Source: Lama glama
Taxonomy: Eukaryota
Assembly: GCA_028534125.1 (NCBI GenBank)
Contig: CM052816.1
Span: 41,728,001-41,792,000, forward strand
DNA length: 64,000 bases
Direction: 5' to 3'
A model generated the notes under the pieces. That model did not search any database. It saw only the letters and a program-made list of their open reading frames with translations, and was not told the DNA's origin. The position numbers and the translations under genes were made by a program. Shown one piece after another: positions 26,660 through 40,479 of the stretch (position 1 is its first letter; every line of letters starts with the position of its first letter).

Positions 26660-26920
26660 ACGTATCTAGGTTGATCTTCTTCCTCTAATCTGTCACCCCC
26701 AGGATCAACTTCATATTAGGGTGTATTCCCCTCCTTTTGATTGCAAGAAAGCTACCAGTGGCAACTGAGTCTAGATGCTTATAATTAATATCCAGCAAGA
26801 GACAGTAGCTTCTCTTTCCTAGAATATCTGTGAAATCCTCTTTATGCATGCCATTGGCCCAAATTGGTTTAGGACTATTCATCTCTGAGTCAGCAGAATG
26901 GATGCTGGTAAGTCCCATTG
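26660..26920 (-). mobile_element. Old MaLR LTR fragment (MLT1K/L-like)
   Basis: cattggcccaaattggt...catctctgagtca motif. Confidence 0.45.
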
Positions 26921-27308
26921 TTTACTATAGTGGAAGAGTCTTCACATAGGAAAGTGGCTGGAACATTGAATTAGGAGCTAACTAAAAATGTAGGAATAAC
27001 AAAGGAAATCACATATACTAAATTGGATATATGATATTAGCTTTATAATTTGCTTTAATTATCTATAGCTTAAAGTACCTGGAAAGATTCTTCCCTGAAT
27101 GGATCTCGCTTCTGCCATCATATACAAGGAAATCTGTACATTGTGAATAAAATCAAACCCATACCCTTTGGGGTTGGAGTAAGTAATTTCAGCAGACCAG
27201 CAGTTTGTATTGTAAACCCTAGCTTTCCCTCTTCATGCAACATAGGATTTGATTTTATTAAGGGAACCAGCAAGTATCTTTCAAAGCACAGGAATGTCTG
27301 GACACTAG

Positions 27309-27390
27309 TGTGTGTGTAACTATGTGTGTGTGGTGTGTGTATGTGTGTGTGTAAGTGTGCATGCACAGAGAAAGAATTGAGAGAGAGATA
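27309..27390. repeat. Imperfect (TG)n/(AG)n tract
   Basis: Direct reading. Confidence 0.8.
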
Positions 27391-27974
27391 GGGAAGTCAT
27401 TGGCATCCTGCCATTTGTCATTTGTCACACTGACATTGAAATGTATATTTTGGGTGTCACATAGTCTCATTTCATAACTCTGAAAAATATCTAGATATAT
27501 TGGAGACATAATTTATGGTTCCAAAGAATTTTATCACAATACATAACCCATAGTAAATTGATTACATGTAATATTTTTCCACTGGATGGAAATCTGAGAT
27601 TGGATCATAGCTGTGAAACGCTGCATTTGTTTTATACAAATGAACATGCAGTACTTTAGGTCCAATGAAACAGGGTCCTGTAAGAAAAAACAAATGACTC
27701 AATGGTAAAGCCACATAAAAATCTGACAAAATAGCTTTAGTCCTTAGGGAACTTTAATGCATGAATATACTTATTAGGCTAGTGCTAGTCCTATTTAAAC
27801 AATTATTATCCAAATAAAAATAAAAATTTTATCAATTGTAATTGCTTTTAGAAATACAGAAATATCAAGTCAAAAAAACTAGCCACTCATAGTCATAGGC
27901 CATTCACACACTCAAAATATCACAGTAAATATGAATGCTTTGTTTGACTCCTTGACAGTACTCCCCTTTATCTC

Positions 27975-28224
27975 TGTCTTAGTTCATTTGAGCCTCTATA
28001 GCAAAATACCACAGATTGAATGGCTTTATTAACAAAATTAATTTATTTCTCATGGTTCTGGGGGCTGGGAAGTCCAAGATCAAGGCCCTGGCAGATTCAG
28101 TGTCTGATGAGGACCTTCTTCCTGATTCACAGAAGGTACCATTTCTCTGTCCTCTTGTGGAGGAAGGAGCTAGAGAGTTCTGTGGGACTCTCTTTTATAA
28201 AAGCAATAATCTCATTTATGAGGA
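27975..28224 (-). mobile_element. MaLR LTR (MLT1A-like), partial
   Basis: tgtcttagttcattt...aaaataccacaga...ggctgggaagtccaagatcaaggccctggcagattcagtgtctgatgagg. Confidence 0.88.
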
Positions 28225-28434
28225 CACAACATTCATATCGTACCACTGTCTCACCTTTTTTATGAAGTCCCCTGGAATTGATCCATTCCAGCAGTCACAG
28301 AAAAACAAAATAAAAGCTTAGAAATATTCTTCTGGAGAGCTATATATGGCATAAATGAAGAAACATCAGTAAAATAATTTTGGTAATTATGATTGAGTAA
28401 ATTCTTTTCAAAAGAGTCACATAGATCACAAGTT

Positions 28435-28730
28435 TTATTCAGTTAATAAAAAATACTTAATGAATATTTACAACATGCCAGGCATTATTTTTGGCCTGAA
28501 TGATGGGGCAGATATGTCTTCTCATGGAGGTAAAATTGTAGTTTCAGGAGGGAGACAAAGATAATGAAAACTGTTCGTTAAACAGCCAAGATAATTTCAT
28601 AGAGTGCAATGAAAGGAATAAAACAATGTGATCAAAGAGAGCAATGGGGAGAGGCTGGCCAATCAGACCAGGGCTTCACTGAAGAACTGGTGCTGGTGCG
28701 GAGGCTGAGACACAGAAAACTCAGTAGTAA
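28435..28730 (-). mobile_element. L2 LINE 3' region
   Basis: aaatacttaatgaatatttacaacatgccaggcattatt...ctcatggag. Confidence 0.65.
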
Positions 28731-29389
28731 AGAGCAAAGAGGCTGACCAGGCATTTCCAACATCTAGTAAACAGATCAATGGCAAAATATGAAATTTCAC
28801 TAATATTCAAAGAAATATAAATAAAAATGCAGGGATTTTATCTTGTCAATCAGGGACAAACAAGTAATAAAATATATTCTGTACAGTTAAGGTTAGAGTG
28901 AAATTAATGCTGTCATTCACAGCAGGGATCAAGAACAAAAACACCGAGATTTTTTTATCCATTAGTTTCTCTATGTGTACTCATATTGAAGAATAAATAT
29001 AAAATAAGGGGAAATATTTCAGCAGGCAGATGTTTTAGTTTATTACTTATATTTGTGAAAATTTAATCATTCAATTTTAGTGGATTGTCAAGTAAATTTT
29101 GAAGGATCCAATGTCATATGCATCACTAGAATTACTGTAAAGGTTATGTAAAAACACTGAACAACAGTGAAAAAAAATGAAATAAAAATGCAGATGACAA
29201 ATTATTCAAGCTAAAAGTGTACATAACAAGTATGAATTTGTATGTCTTCATTTTCTATTACTTGACTCAATTTATAATAGTGGGCATCAAAAATTCCCCA
29301 GTTTTCTGTCCTAGAACCTAATTTAGTTGATAGTAAATCAAGTTGCATATTACATGGATAATTTTTGATGTTCTATCTTTCTGTATCTC

Positions 29390-29972
29390 TGCAGTAATAG
29401 AATTTTTTACCTCCCCCACCTAGTTTTATTCCTGTGATTATATTATGTTACATGGTAAAGGGGGCTTTGCAGATATAATTAAGATTATGAATCAGCTGAA
29501 CTTAAAATAGAGAAATTATCCTGGACCATCTGTATCCCATAAAACCCTTTAAAATCCATGCTCATTAAAAGCAGAAGAGGAAGGCAGAGAGATTCAGAGC
29601 ATAAGGAAGATTCCACACACTTGCTGGCTTTGAAGATGGAGGGGCCACAAGTCAAAAAGTGGGCAACATTTAGAGGCTGGAACAACTCCCAGCTGACAAG
29701 CCAGCAAAGAAGCATAGCCTTCTGCCCTAACATTGCACAAAATTGAATTCTGCCAACAACTTGAGTGAGTCTGGAAGCTTATTCGTCCCCAGAGCTTCCA
29801 TACAAGCCCAGCCTGGCTTGACACTTTGACTTTGGCCTTGTGAGGCCCTAAATAGAGAACCCAGTTAAGGCACACTGGGCTCAGAATTCTAACCTAAGGA
29901 AACTGTTAGACTGTAAGTAGGTTTTGTTTTAAGCTGTTGTGTTTGTGGTAATTTGCTATGACAGTGATAGAG
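29390..29972 (+). mobile_element. MaLR solo LTR (MLT1D/E-like)
   Basis: tatgttacatggtaaagggggctttgcagatataattaag...gctggctttgaagatggagggg...gaattctgccaacaac...gtttgtggtaatttgctatgacag. Confidence 0.9.
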
Positions 29973-31109
29973 TCTCCTTCAATACCACTGATATAGATGC
30001 TTTCCACCTCCTGATCAGCCAGCTATAGGGAGGAGCTTCTGTCTCGATCTTTACTTAGTAAGATATTCTACTCACATCTAAGTTATCCAACTACTAATTA
30101 TCCACATTGCCACAGCCATAATGTTGATAGACGTCGCTTCACAAAAATATTCTCTAATAAGCCAAACACTTGAAAACTTAACCATCTTTCTCCACAGAAC
30201 ACTATCTAGCATCTAGCACTGGCCAGCACCAGTCCATCTATTCTTGATACCTGTTAAAATAATACAAATGTAGGACAAAGTCCCCAATAAAATGGCAAAT
30301 CTTACAAAAGACATAAAATTTCGTAAAGCTGTTAAAAGTGATATTGAGACTTCTCACATGACAATCTTGCAGAATTAGACCATTTAATAATGGAGGAAGA
30401 AGTTAGCAAGGATAAGGGTAGGACTGGATATTCACTCTAAGTGACATGTTTTTCCTTGGTACTAATGGTATATTATGTGTATTTAACCAGCTCTTTCTGT
30501 GGTGTGTCCAGTTCCCCTGGATTCAGTTTTTGACTTGTGCCCTATCCAATCATTATCCTGCTTTCCTGGGTGCAGAATTCTGTCTGTCAAACTTGGTCCC
30601 TTAAATGGATTCCTACTACCATCTTGGCTCCAAATTGTCTCCACTACTACATTCTACCAGTTACTACTGTGCTTCAGCTGCTAAATTGGGTCTCCTCATA
30701 GCTAGATCATCTGAATCTGGCATGATCTTACTGTACCCTTTAGACACTGCTGCAGACTCCACTGGCTCTTTTTGTCAGGTTAGCTTCCATTGCTGGAATA
30801 ATTACACATATTCTCTCCCCAGTGAGCCCTGGGCAGCAGAGTTCTGCTGAGTTCTAGCTTCCCCTTACTTTCCCCAGCTATCCCTAAGTTACCGTGGTCC
30901 CAGAATGTCTTACATAGGAGCTGAGTTATTACCAATGTGATCTTTTGGAAATGCTTTTATTTTTCCAAGCTTACATTCCCTTGTAGTTAATTTTTGTTTT
31001 GATGTACTTACCAGTGCTTTCTAAGGATACAAGCAATTCCTGTTATTGCAAAGACTGAGTTGTGCCTTATTTGTTTTTCCCTTCTCCCCATGAAATAGGG
31101 CTATCCCAC

Positions 31110-31495
31110 CTTAAGTAGTTTTTGGGCACATGGTCACCCAGAAGATGAATGGCTAGCCTTGCTTGTAACTTGGGATGATTTGAGTAAAGCCTGGCCAATG
31201 GGAAATAACCTGTTTAATTTTCAGTATTCTTAACAGTGTGGGGACACGTCTCTCGCTCCTTTCTCTCCTTCTCATTGAGTGGAGTATGGACATAATGTTG
31301 AAACTTGATCAATCTTGGACTACAAGATACAAACAACAGTGCAGAAGGAGTCTGGAGTTCCTATGGTTTTGGAACTGTAAATCTAGCCCTGGACTTCCTC
31401 AATTTTCATAAGACAAATAAGTTTCCATCTTGCTTACCATGGATATTTTGGGTTTTCTGTCAGTCATAGCTAAATCTAATCACAAGTTAATATAC
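31110..31495 (+). mobile_element. MaLR LTR (MLT1J-like)
   Basis: ggccaatgg...atcttggactacaag...agccctggacttcct...ttttgggttttctgtc...taatatac. Confidence 0.6.
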
Positions 31496-33013
31496 TTCAT
31501 TGTTCACTAGTCTAAGGTCTAAATGACCCTGAATTGAGTTAACAAATAAGATATAGTACCTCTGTATTTTAAGAGGAAAATACTCCCCAAACCTGTCATT
31601 CTGACCCCTCTATTTGGTGCTATTGTTTTATTACTCAGGTGTGTATATTTCTTGGATTTATGTGCCTTCTAGCTTCGTAGCTAGAATGGCTGTTGTGCAT
31701 TGTTCTGTAACTGATTTAGAGCTTCTAATTTCTAATATCTTTTCAATTTACCGATGCATTCCTTCCTTCCTTCCTTTGATGCTGCTGCTGTGTTTTCCTC
31801 CTCTTTCTCCCCTTTTTCCTTCTCCACTTCCTCTTCTTCTTTCTCCTCCTCCATATATCAGAGGAACGTCTTTTTGCCCCTTTGAAGAGAATCTCTTAAA
31901 AAACAGAAAAACAAACCAGTTTGTGGGTCAATACCTGTGTGACTGCCATTTCAGCATTCTCATACATCATTTGAGGACTCTTGCTCTGCACTGGCAGAGA
32001 TCCTGGTGATAAGCATACAAAACCAGGCTATTTAGAAGTGAATGGTTGTTGTTATCCATTCATCTCTATTTTGAAGGATTAAGTGATGAGTACCTTAATG
32101 GATACCCCCAATGAGTGTAAATGTTTTGTTTAGTGAGCACTTTCATTTATTTCAGCAATATTAGATGAACCTTGAAGAAGGGTCTCTACCATTTATGTTT
32201 CTGAATACCTCAAAGAATAGTTTATTTGTTCAAGAACACATAGGCCAAGAGAAGTAGCCTCTGAGCATGGGCCAAACTCTGCACTGTTCTATTCCTCAAA
32301 CTTCAGCTGCCAAGGCCAAGGAAGGATGGTTTCACATGGTAGACGGTGTGCTTGGGTCACTTTTAGCACCTTGTCTGGGACTTTAGGAAAAGCCAAGAAC
32401 AGCATGATTAGTCCCTCTCTTGGGAACAGTAAATTACTCAGTGTGTCCACATGTGTGACTTTGTATTAAGAACACTGATTAATACAATGGACAACGGTTT
32501 TCAACAGTACTTTGTAGAAATCATAAAATGTTATTCATTTGAATGGTTATTTCTGATATCAACATTTGATAAAAAATGAAGACATAACATTAAAATGTAA
32601 TCAAAGAAAGAATTTCTCAACTAACTTTGTGAGATATAAGCTTATAACTTTCTGGTCATCTACCTTGACCCAGGAAAAAAATTAGAATACCTTGTACAGC
32701 TGTGGATTCTGTGTCCTACACTATTTCACTCTCACTTATCTTTGCTAGGCATAGCAGGATAAGTTAATGCTCAGGTGAAGTCATGAAGCACAAGTATTTT
32801 GTGTAGCTTTACGGCTTGATTGCCAGAGAAAAGACTGAAAACATGTAACAGAATGAGGACATTGTTCAATGGGAATAAAAAAGTTGCTTTCACAAAGGAA
32901 AGGAAAAGAAACTCAGATTCAGTGTCTGCTGGTCTGCCCCCACATTCATCCCTAGTTTCTAGTAGAGGGAGTAGAATAAATGAAGTGAGACTAGTGACTC
33001 TGGTTAATCTTTT

Positions 33014-33614
33014 TTTTTTTTAATCAAGTAAGTTTTCTTTTATTTATCCATTCTTTTATCCATTCACCCCTTTTATTTTTTTCATTTTTATTTTGCTTAA
33101 CATGAGATCTAACCTAACAAATTTTTAAGTGTGTATACAGTATTGTTAACTATAAATACAGTGTTGCAAACATATTTCAAAAACTTATCCATCTTGCATA
33201 ACTAGAACTAGACACCCATAGTGTATAGCTATGTAGTTGCATACTATATAGTAACTCCCTATTTCCCCTCATCCAGCTCTGGCAACCACCATTCTACTCT
33301 CTGTTTCTATGAATTTGACTATTTCAGATACCTCATATAAGTGGAATTATGCAACATTTGTCCTTCTGTGACTAGCTTATTTTACTTTGCATAATGTCCT
33401 TTGGGTCCATTCATGTTGCCACAAATGACAGTATTTCCTTTTTGAAGGCTGAATAATAGTCCATTGTATGCATACACCATATTTTCTTTATCTGTTCATG
33501 TATTGTTGAACATTTAGGGTGTTTCTATATCTTGGCTTTTGGGATACTGCTACAGTGAACATGGGGGTGCAGATAGCTCTTTGAGATTCTGATTTCAGTT
33601 CTTTTGGTTATATA
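33014..33614 (-). mobile_element. L1MB1/2-like 3' end, 5'-truncated, with TSD and an extra 3' segment
   Basis: cttaacatgagatcta...acagtattgttaactata...ggcaaccaccattctactctctgtttctatgaatttgac. TSD tggttaatctttt at 33001-33013 and 33615-33627. Confidence 0.88.
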
Positions 33615-34187
33615 TGGTTAATCTTTTGTTTCTCAAATTCTACTGTTATGTTACTCATCAGATAAAACTACACCAAGTGTCTTATTTTCTTCTGCTTTTC
33701 TGTAGTTAGCAACTGGGGTAGGAAGGGACAGTTGCAGTTCTTTTTCTCACTTTTCTTCAGTCTCACATTTACCCTGGCCTGAGATGCCTTATTGCTGTTT
33801 CTTAACCCTACTGGTATCATTCTCTGGGAGAGAAATGATGCTAAATATACCTTGAGAAAAGATTTAACAATCCTTAGATTTCTCAGATGAGGAAAGAAAA
33901 TATTGTGTCTATGCTTTCCTCAGGGAACTTGGCTAAATAAGATTTTTCAGAAATAAAGATTCTCAGTTCTACATGGCAGCTTTCATCAAGACATGGTCAT
34001 CTACATGTTTGAATAAGTAAACACCAGACATACTCCAAGTGAGAAAAATATTTCTGTGTTTCATTTCCCACTTTGAAGGATATTTGATAGTTCTGTGGCT
34101 CCAGAGGGACCTCTCAGTTGTGATTTCAGTGCTGACTGTGGTGGTGTGCATGGGCCGGGGCCACACATTCTGGGAGAATTGTCCTAA

Positions 34188-34330
34188 TAATGTGTTTATT
34201 TAACTGATGTTCACCCTCCCCAGTAACTGTAAGCTCCCTGAATCAGAGATTGTGTCTGCCTTTTTCACATTGTTACCAGCAGTGCCTACCTAGCACTGTC
34301 TTGCCACATAGGAGGTATTGAATCAATTTG
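34188..34330 (+). mobile_element. L2 LINE 3' end
   Basis: actgtaagctccctgaatcagagattgtgtc...tagcactgtcttgccacataggagg. Confidence 0.8.
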
Positions 34331-36726
34331 GGGGGGGGGATGAGTAATTTTTATAGCAAGTTGTAGGAAGGCTCTTGACCTCTCCAGAATAGCCATTTCT
34401 AATGTAGCTTCAGACAGGAATGTCAGAATGAAGTACAACTGTAGCATATAGTGTACTTTGTCATAAAAAGTGTTTTTTCACTTTAGTTTACGTATAAATT
34501 AGATTTTTTCCTTTCAGAAATGATCAACCAGGGAAGTCAAATTAGCAACATTTGGAATACAGCATACTAGACATACTTGGATTCTTTTTAATTTTTTGTA
34601 TTAAACTCAATCAAACATTTGGTTAGGATGTGTCACCATAAAACATTCTTAGAATAACCAAAAGCTTGTTTACTTGCAAGCTGCTATTCCTTTTCATAAC
34701 CCCCACACAAAGCATCAAAATTTTATGGAACTTATAGTCATTCTAAGTGCTATCATAAGGTTTTAGCTACTACACATGTTTGCTATGCTAATCTTTTTTA
34801 AACTGATAAAGGAAACAAAATAAGACAAAACAAAGCAAAATCTGCCTTTCCTGGCAGGTTCATCTGAAACTCCAAGCTACAGTGATCACCTAGCAACAGT
34901 GCCTATAAAACAGCAATTCTGATTTTGAAAATCCCTTTGCTGAAAAATGTCTTATTATCTTTTCATTTCTCATAGTTTGCCTGACTTAAGAAGTAATTTT
35001 GCCTATGATATCAAGATCACTGACTTAAAAAAATTCTATGACTGTCAAAAATTAATATGGTCAGTGCTCAGTTTATTATCCAAAAGTGAGAAATTTTCCC
35101 CCCTTTTAATCCTTTTTTCACTTTTGTTCACATGTGATATAAATAAACACTCAGAAAATTAAAAATAAAACTTTTTTAAAAATAGCTGCACTGTAGTTTT
35201 CTTCAATGTGTGATTAAATGAGAATTGATATTGGAATACTGGGATGAGAACAAGACAAATGCTTCCTACAATAGAGTGACAAGCAATCACTAAAGAATTG
35301 AGCATGAAAAAGGGTGAAACCCAGAATATCTCTAGAGATGTTTCCTTTTATGATGAGTACTACTTCCTCTCCTCCATTGTAATTTTATCCATTTAGGCTA
35401 AACTTAATAAGGCCTTAATGTTACATGTGAGAGATGAAATTACCTAAGTACCTTTGTTAGGCCAAATTCTCAAGCCTTTCAGCTGAGAAATGAGAGGCAC
35501 ACACTCTCTTTGTCCTTAATGCTGATGGCAAATACTAACCAAAATTAAGAGTGGCAACGTGTAGTTTGCAGGATTTCTTTTTTAAGTGGATGGCAGAAAT
35601 AAAATATTTTATAACTCATAAAAATTTAATTGAGCTAGTTTTGAGGTAAAAAACAGTGTAAGAAAAAAAAATCAGGAGAGGGAAAAAAACAGCTACCATA
35701 TTTGTCTTTGGATGCTTGCTGAGAATCTACCATCCTTTGTGTGGAGTTTCTGAAGGAGTCACTAACAAGCTGATCAGGACATCAAGTCCTGGCATAACGA
35801 CAGGGCCTTGTCACAGGTTCCTGACACGTGTGTGATCTTGGCCCTTATTCCCAAGTTGCCCTGGAGCTCAGCTACTGCTGAGATGTGCAAAAGCAAATTT
35901 GCCTGGCATATTAAAAATATTTTAAGGTGTCACCTAATTTATGGAAAAAAATCATCTAAATTCTGATGGTTAGCTGTGAGTAATTTATAGGGTTTATTTA
36001 TTCAGTGCATTCATTCATTGCTTTCACATGTTAATAGCTATCCACCCACTGTTCCCTCTGAATTGCATTTTAACAAGATTATGATCCTTCTATTGAACTA
36101 GCATGGAATAGATTTATATAAAAATTAGCTGCTTAAATACTTCCTTGATGAAAAACATAGCTGTTATAATTTTATTATGAATTTTAATCAGGAAAAAAAT
36201 GACCTTTGAAATTTTCTTCTACCTCATTTTATATGTGTGTGTGTGTGTATGTATGTGTATGCTTCTCTCTTTATATGATTAGAAATCTCTGTGATTTAAT
36301 TAAGTTTTATATAGAAAACATGTGACTGGACAGTAAAAGTTTGTTCTGAAAGAAAAATCTTAAGAAAACAGTTAATAAATTAATATGACTAACAGAAGAC
36401 CTGTTTTCTCTGAAAAACACTAATTCTTCTAGCATAGTACAACTATTTCACAATAAAATGCGTTCTGGTTTGTGTTTGGTTTAGAAAAAAAATCCTCTGA
36501 AGTGAATCCAAAAATGCCCTGCACTTCGTTTGTGTGTGTGTGCGCAAAATTCCAAGCCTTTTGAAGAGCCACTGTATTTGTTGCCAGTCTAACAAGCACT
36601 TCTTCATACCATACCCCAAAGCCCAACTCATGGAGATGGTTCTCTGATAAGAGGAACCAAATTTTTGACTTCAGGGTGTTTGAAGATAATAAAAACCTGT
36701 GTGCTAGAAGGAAGGTTTTAATGAAC

Positions 36727-37412
36727 CAGTGGTCTGCAAACTTTAATGTATGAGTGTATGGAAGGTAGAAAGTTTTGCTTGGTTCTATTAGGGTCCCTAA
36801 CTGGATCTGAAAATTAAGTTGACAAAGGCAGATAAACAGGAGAAAAGGATACAAATGTATTTAGTGTAAGTTTTACGTGACATGGGACTCTTCATAAGTA
36901 AATGAAGACTGAAGAAATGGTTAAATCTAAGTATTTTTATGCTAGATTTGATGAACAGTGGACATTTGTGAGAAATATGGTGGAGCAAAGGGTATGAGGC
37001 AAGTGTAGTAAACTGGGGGAAACTTAGCAAGGTCTGAAGTTCATTCAGATGCTTCTTTATATCCCTCCACCTTGGAGATAAGAATGTTCCTTTCCTTTGG
37101 GTATAGGGAGGGCATCTTTCGCATGAGGGTCTTATGACCTGCTTCAAGGAAAGGGCAAGAGTCCTTCCTGTACCTGCCATTTTCTCAAACTCCTTCAGCT
37201 TCAAATAGTCAAAATGTGGAGGTGCCATATTTTTGGGATGGCATGTCCTGAACCCTATCAAAAGTATCCATGTACAGATAGTGTTAAATGTGTACTTTCA
37301 AGCCACACCCCCTACAATGCTGATCCAGTAGAGGTAGATAAAGGTTTGGGAGTAAGTTATGATGAGTAGCCCCAGGTGATCATGCTGGCTGTCTCAGGAA
37401 CCTCACTGAGAA
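36727..37412. mobile_element. MER5-type hAT element split by an LTR
   Basis: cagtggtctgcaaacttta at 36727. The element resumes after 37260 (tgatccagtag...ccccaggtgat...ctgagaa). Confidence 0.6.
36755..37260 (-). mobile_element. ERV1 solo LTR (MER34-family-like)
   Basis: Minus strand begins TGatagggttcaggacatgccatcccaaaaatatggcacc, contains aagctgaaggagtttgagaaaatggcagg and gcaggtcataagaccctcatg, and ends in ...taCA. Confidence 0.85.
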
Positions 37413-38019
37413 TGTAGAGAATGCTAATCAAATTATTAATGAAATTCATTTTAACACCAAGATTTACCAGCTAAAGTCATGCGTACTTTAAAAAGGAAAT
37501 GTTCAGTATAGTATGCTTGGTTGTGATTTTTCCCACTTACTACTGACACAGTTTGCAGTTAAAAGATAAGGAAGATAGGAAATATAGAGGGGGTAGTGTT
37601 AAAATGCAGATGCTTCTGTAAAAACAAAAATCTACCAATGAAAATTTCCTTTGGCATCATCAGTACTCATTAATCAAAACAACACTTTTTTTGTTCCTAT
37701 GTTTGATGTATCAAAATAGTTAATATTAGACAGATTATGTTTGAGAATTAAAGAGATTTATTGGTTGTATTTTCTAATTTGTACTACTTCATTTTGCAGT
37801 TATTTCCCCCAACAGTAACTTCCTTTTCTACTGTTTTCACTTTCAGTGTTTTTTTCAATGCCTGCTGGGCATACTACAACCAAGGGTGGAATCACAAGTT
37901 GTTTTTTTTTTCCCCCTCAAAAGAAAGAATCATTGAACTTTGGAAGGAAAATGAAACTGAGAGCACTTAGTTCAGTGGTGCTTTTTTGTTGAACGTAAGA
38001 ATCCGATTCATGGAGTGCC

Positions 38020-38500
38020 TAAGTGTCTTTCTAACTTCCCTGGAAAGCAGATCCTGCGGCAAATGTTTCTATGATACTAATTTACTGGGGAGTTCAGTCC
38101 CAGGAAAGCAGGATGTGGGAGAAGGGAAGAGAAGGAGAGAATGTGTTACCCAGCTAGCCACTTCTTGTTACCAAGTTAAACTGTTTACTTGATTTTGCAG
38201 GACCATATTTTGAGAGAACATATGAACAAGTGTTTCTCAAAACAGTCTGCCCAGGGATAGGAGAAGAGAGAAAATTTTCCATTGGCTCCTACCTCCCTTG
38301 GTCAAAATTTCACCCCATGGGTGTCCATTCCCTTGTCTTTCCAATTGCATACTTCATCAGCAACAAAGAAGTTCTAGGGTGAAGTCAGAGTCTCATGGTA
38401 CAGGCAGGAGACCAGCAACTTTGTGCCCTATGAGGGTAGTAGCTGAGTGGAGCTGGGTGGAGTTCATGAAGAGTTTGTTGCCATGACAGTGCTTAGAGAA
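38020..38500 (-). mobile_element. ERVL LTR (LTR16-like)
   Basis: aagcagatcctgcggcaa...taatttactggggagttcagtcccaggaaagcagg. Confidence 0.5.
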
Positions 38501-38879
38501 AACAAATACCAAGGGCCTTAGAGACAAGTGACATAAAAGGACACTTGAGGGATACAGAAGAATTTGATCCAGGACTTTCTCTCTAGTTATTATAGAATCA
38601 AGATTAGAACTTACTTATATGAGATCAGTTTGTTAAAAGAAAAAAAATCTGATTGTACTTTTTTAGCCATGGTAAATTAAGGTAAAGCAGGTGACCTATG
38701 TATTGATATTTCTTTTCCAGAAAAGTTGATTTTATGTTCTTAAAAAAGAAAAAAAAAAGGCATATATTTCTGACAACATGGAGATCAAATTATTTAAAAA
38801 TCCTTCTGATACAAAATGGGAGATAAAAAGATAGCAAACATACCTTTACATACACTGACAAACAAGTGAGAAAGTAATG

Positions 38880-40200
38880 ACACAGTGAGTTACATAAAGA
38901 AGAGGAACTTCTGTTTATCAGAAGGTATCATTAAGAGATTGAAAAGGCAAGACAAAGGAGGGGAGAAAATATTTTACAACCTAAATAATTTTAAAAAGTG
39001 TTAATGTCCAGAATATAAGGAAGTGTCCTACAAAATCATACAAGATTCAAGAAAAAAAAAAAGGATAGATGAACCAATAATAAAATGAGTAAGAGGCTTG
39101 ATTTTTTTTCCCCAAAGATAATGTCTGAAAATCCAATGAGAATTTTAAAATGTGCTCTATATTAACAGGGATATGTAAGTTAAAAAAAAATCTATACAAA
39201 AGAATTTACTGACCCTGAGCATATGTATATTCTGTGATCCAGAAATTCCATTTCTTGGATATAATCAAAGAAATGCATACATATAAGCATGAGAAAACAC
39301 ACAAAAGAACATTCAGAACAACTTTATTCATTAAAATAGAATGGATAAATAAATTTTGCTATAATATTGTCAGGGAGGAAAACTTTTCTTCTATCCTCTT
39401 AGGTCAATACTTGGGGGGCCTGTGAATTAAACTGACAATAGGCAGATAAGCAACAGAAAAGACAGATTTTTTTTTTCACATATGTAAGTGGGAGTTCAGG
39501 GGAAAATGTGACACAAAGAGATAGGTTAGAATTTGGGGCATAAATATTTTCTCAATAGGGGAAATGGAAGGAGAGAAAGGGCACTTACGAGAAAACAAAT
39601 GGCTTTTTGGAAAGATAAATGAGCCCTTAAGAGACAGATAGATACAATAGTTTTGTGACCATGTCTCTTCAGGTGATTTCTTATCCCTATTTGTCTTTGG
39701 TGATAGGAGTCAATCTTCCCTGGTTGTGAGACTCTCAAGGAGAGGATTAATGAAAGCTGAATTATTTTAGGAGACTGCTTTTAGGCAGATAAGGCAGGTA
39801 AGAAAAAGAAGAACTGTTCACAGTGGTCTGCTAGGAATCCCTTTAGTATTCGTACAATTAAAACGAATAAACTACTCCTACCCACAACAGCATAGTTAAA
39901 TCTTACAAATAAGATGTTGAGTTAGGGATGCAATATAAAAATGAATCTATATAATATGAATATATATTGTATAAAGTTCAAAAACAGACAAAATAAGTTA
40001 TGGTGTTAGAAGTCAATATAACAGTGGTTTCCCTTTGGGAGCTTAGTGATAGGGAGGAACAAGTAGGGGTTCTTCTGGGGTAGGAGTATTACTCTTTATC
40101 TTGGTCTGGGTACTGGTTATATGCAGGTGTTCATTTTGAGAAGTTCATTGAGCTATACACATAATTTATGCACTCTTCTGTCTGTACAGTATGGTGTAAA
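38880..40200 (+). mobile_element. Old L1 (L1ME-like) 3' region, interrupted by an LTR
   Basis: tgtgatccagaaattccatttcttgg...agaatggataaataaatt, then tattcgtacaa...tggtgttagaagtca...ttcattgagctatacac. Confidence 0.8.
39368..39845 (-). mobile_element. ERV1-type solo LTR inserted in L1ME
   Basis: tgtcagggaggaaaacttttcttctatcctcttagg...aaactgacaataggcagataagc is the same terminal architecture as the LTR at 36755. L1 sequence resumes immediately after. Confidence 0.75.
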
Positions 40201-40479
40201 AATGATTCCCCAAAATAAGTAGTTAAAACTATTCATTTGTTACTTATGATAATACTATTTTTGGCATTTAAGAGATGTTTGGGTTTTTTAGAGTAGCTAA
40301 CTTACGTTTTTAAGGATGAGGTGTCAAGATGTCTTTATTATTTTAACATGCACAGTATAAAAGCAACAATGTATATTTTAAAAAGTTATGAGTAAGGATT
40401 CAGTACTTAACTTCAATGAAAAAGAAAAAAAGGGAAAACTAATAATAATTTTATGTAATATATTTGAAAATTTTTACAG

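Noticed and set aside
36429..37261. 141-aa and 154-aa minus-strand ORFs
   Set aside because: They lie in or start from a solo ERV1 LTR and have no gag/pol/env motifs
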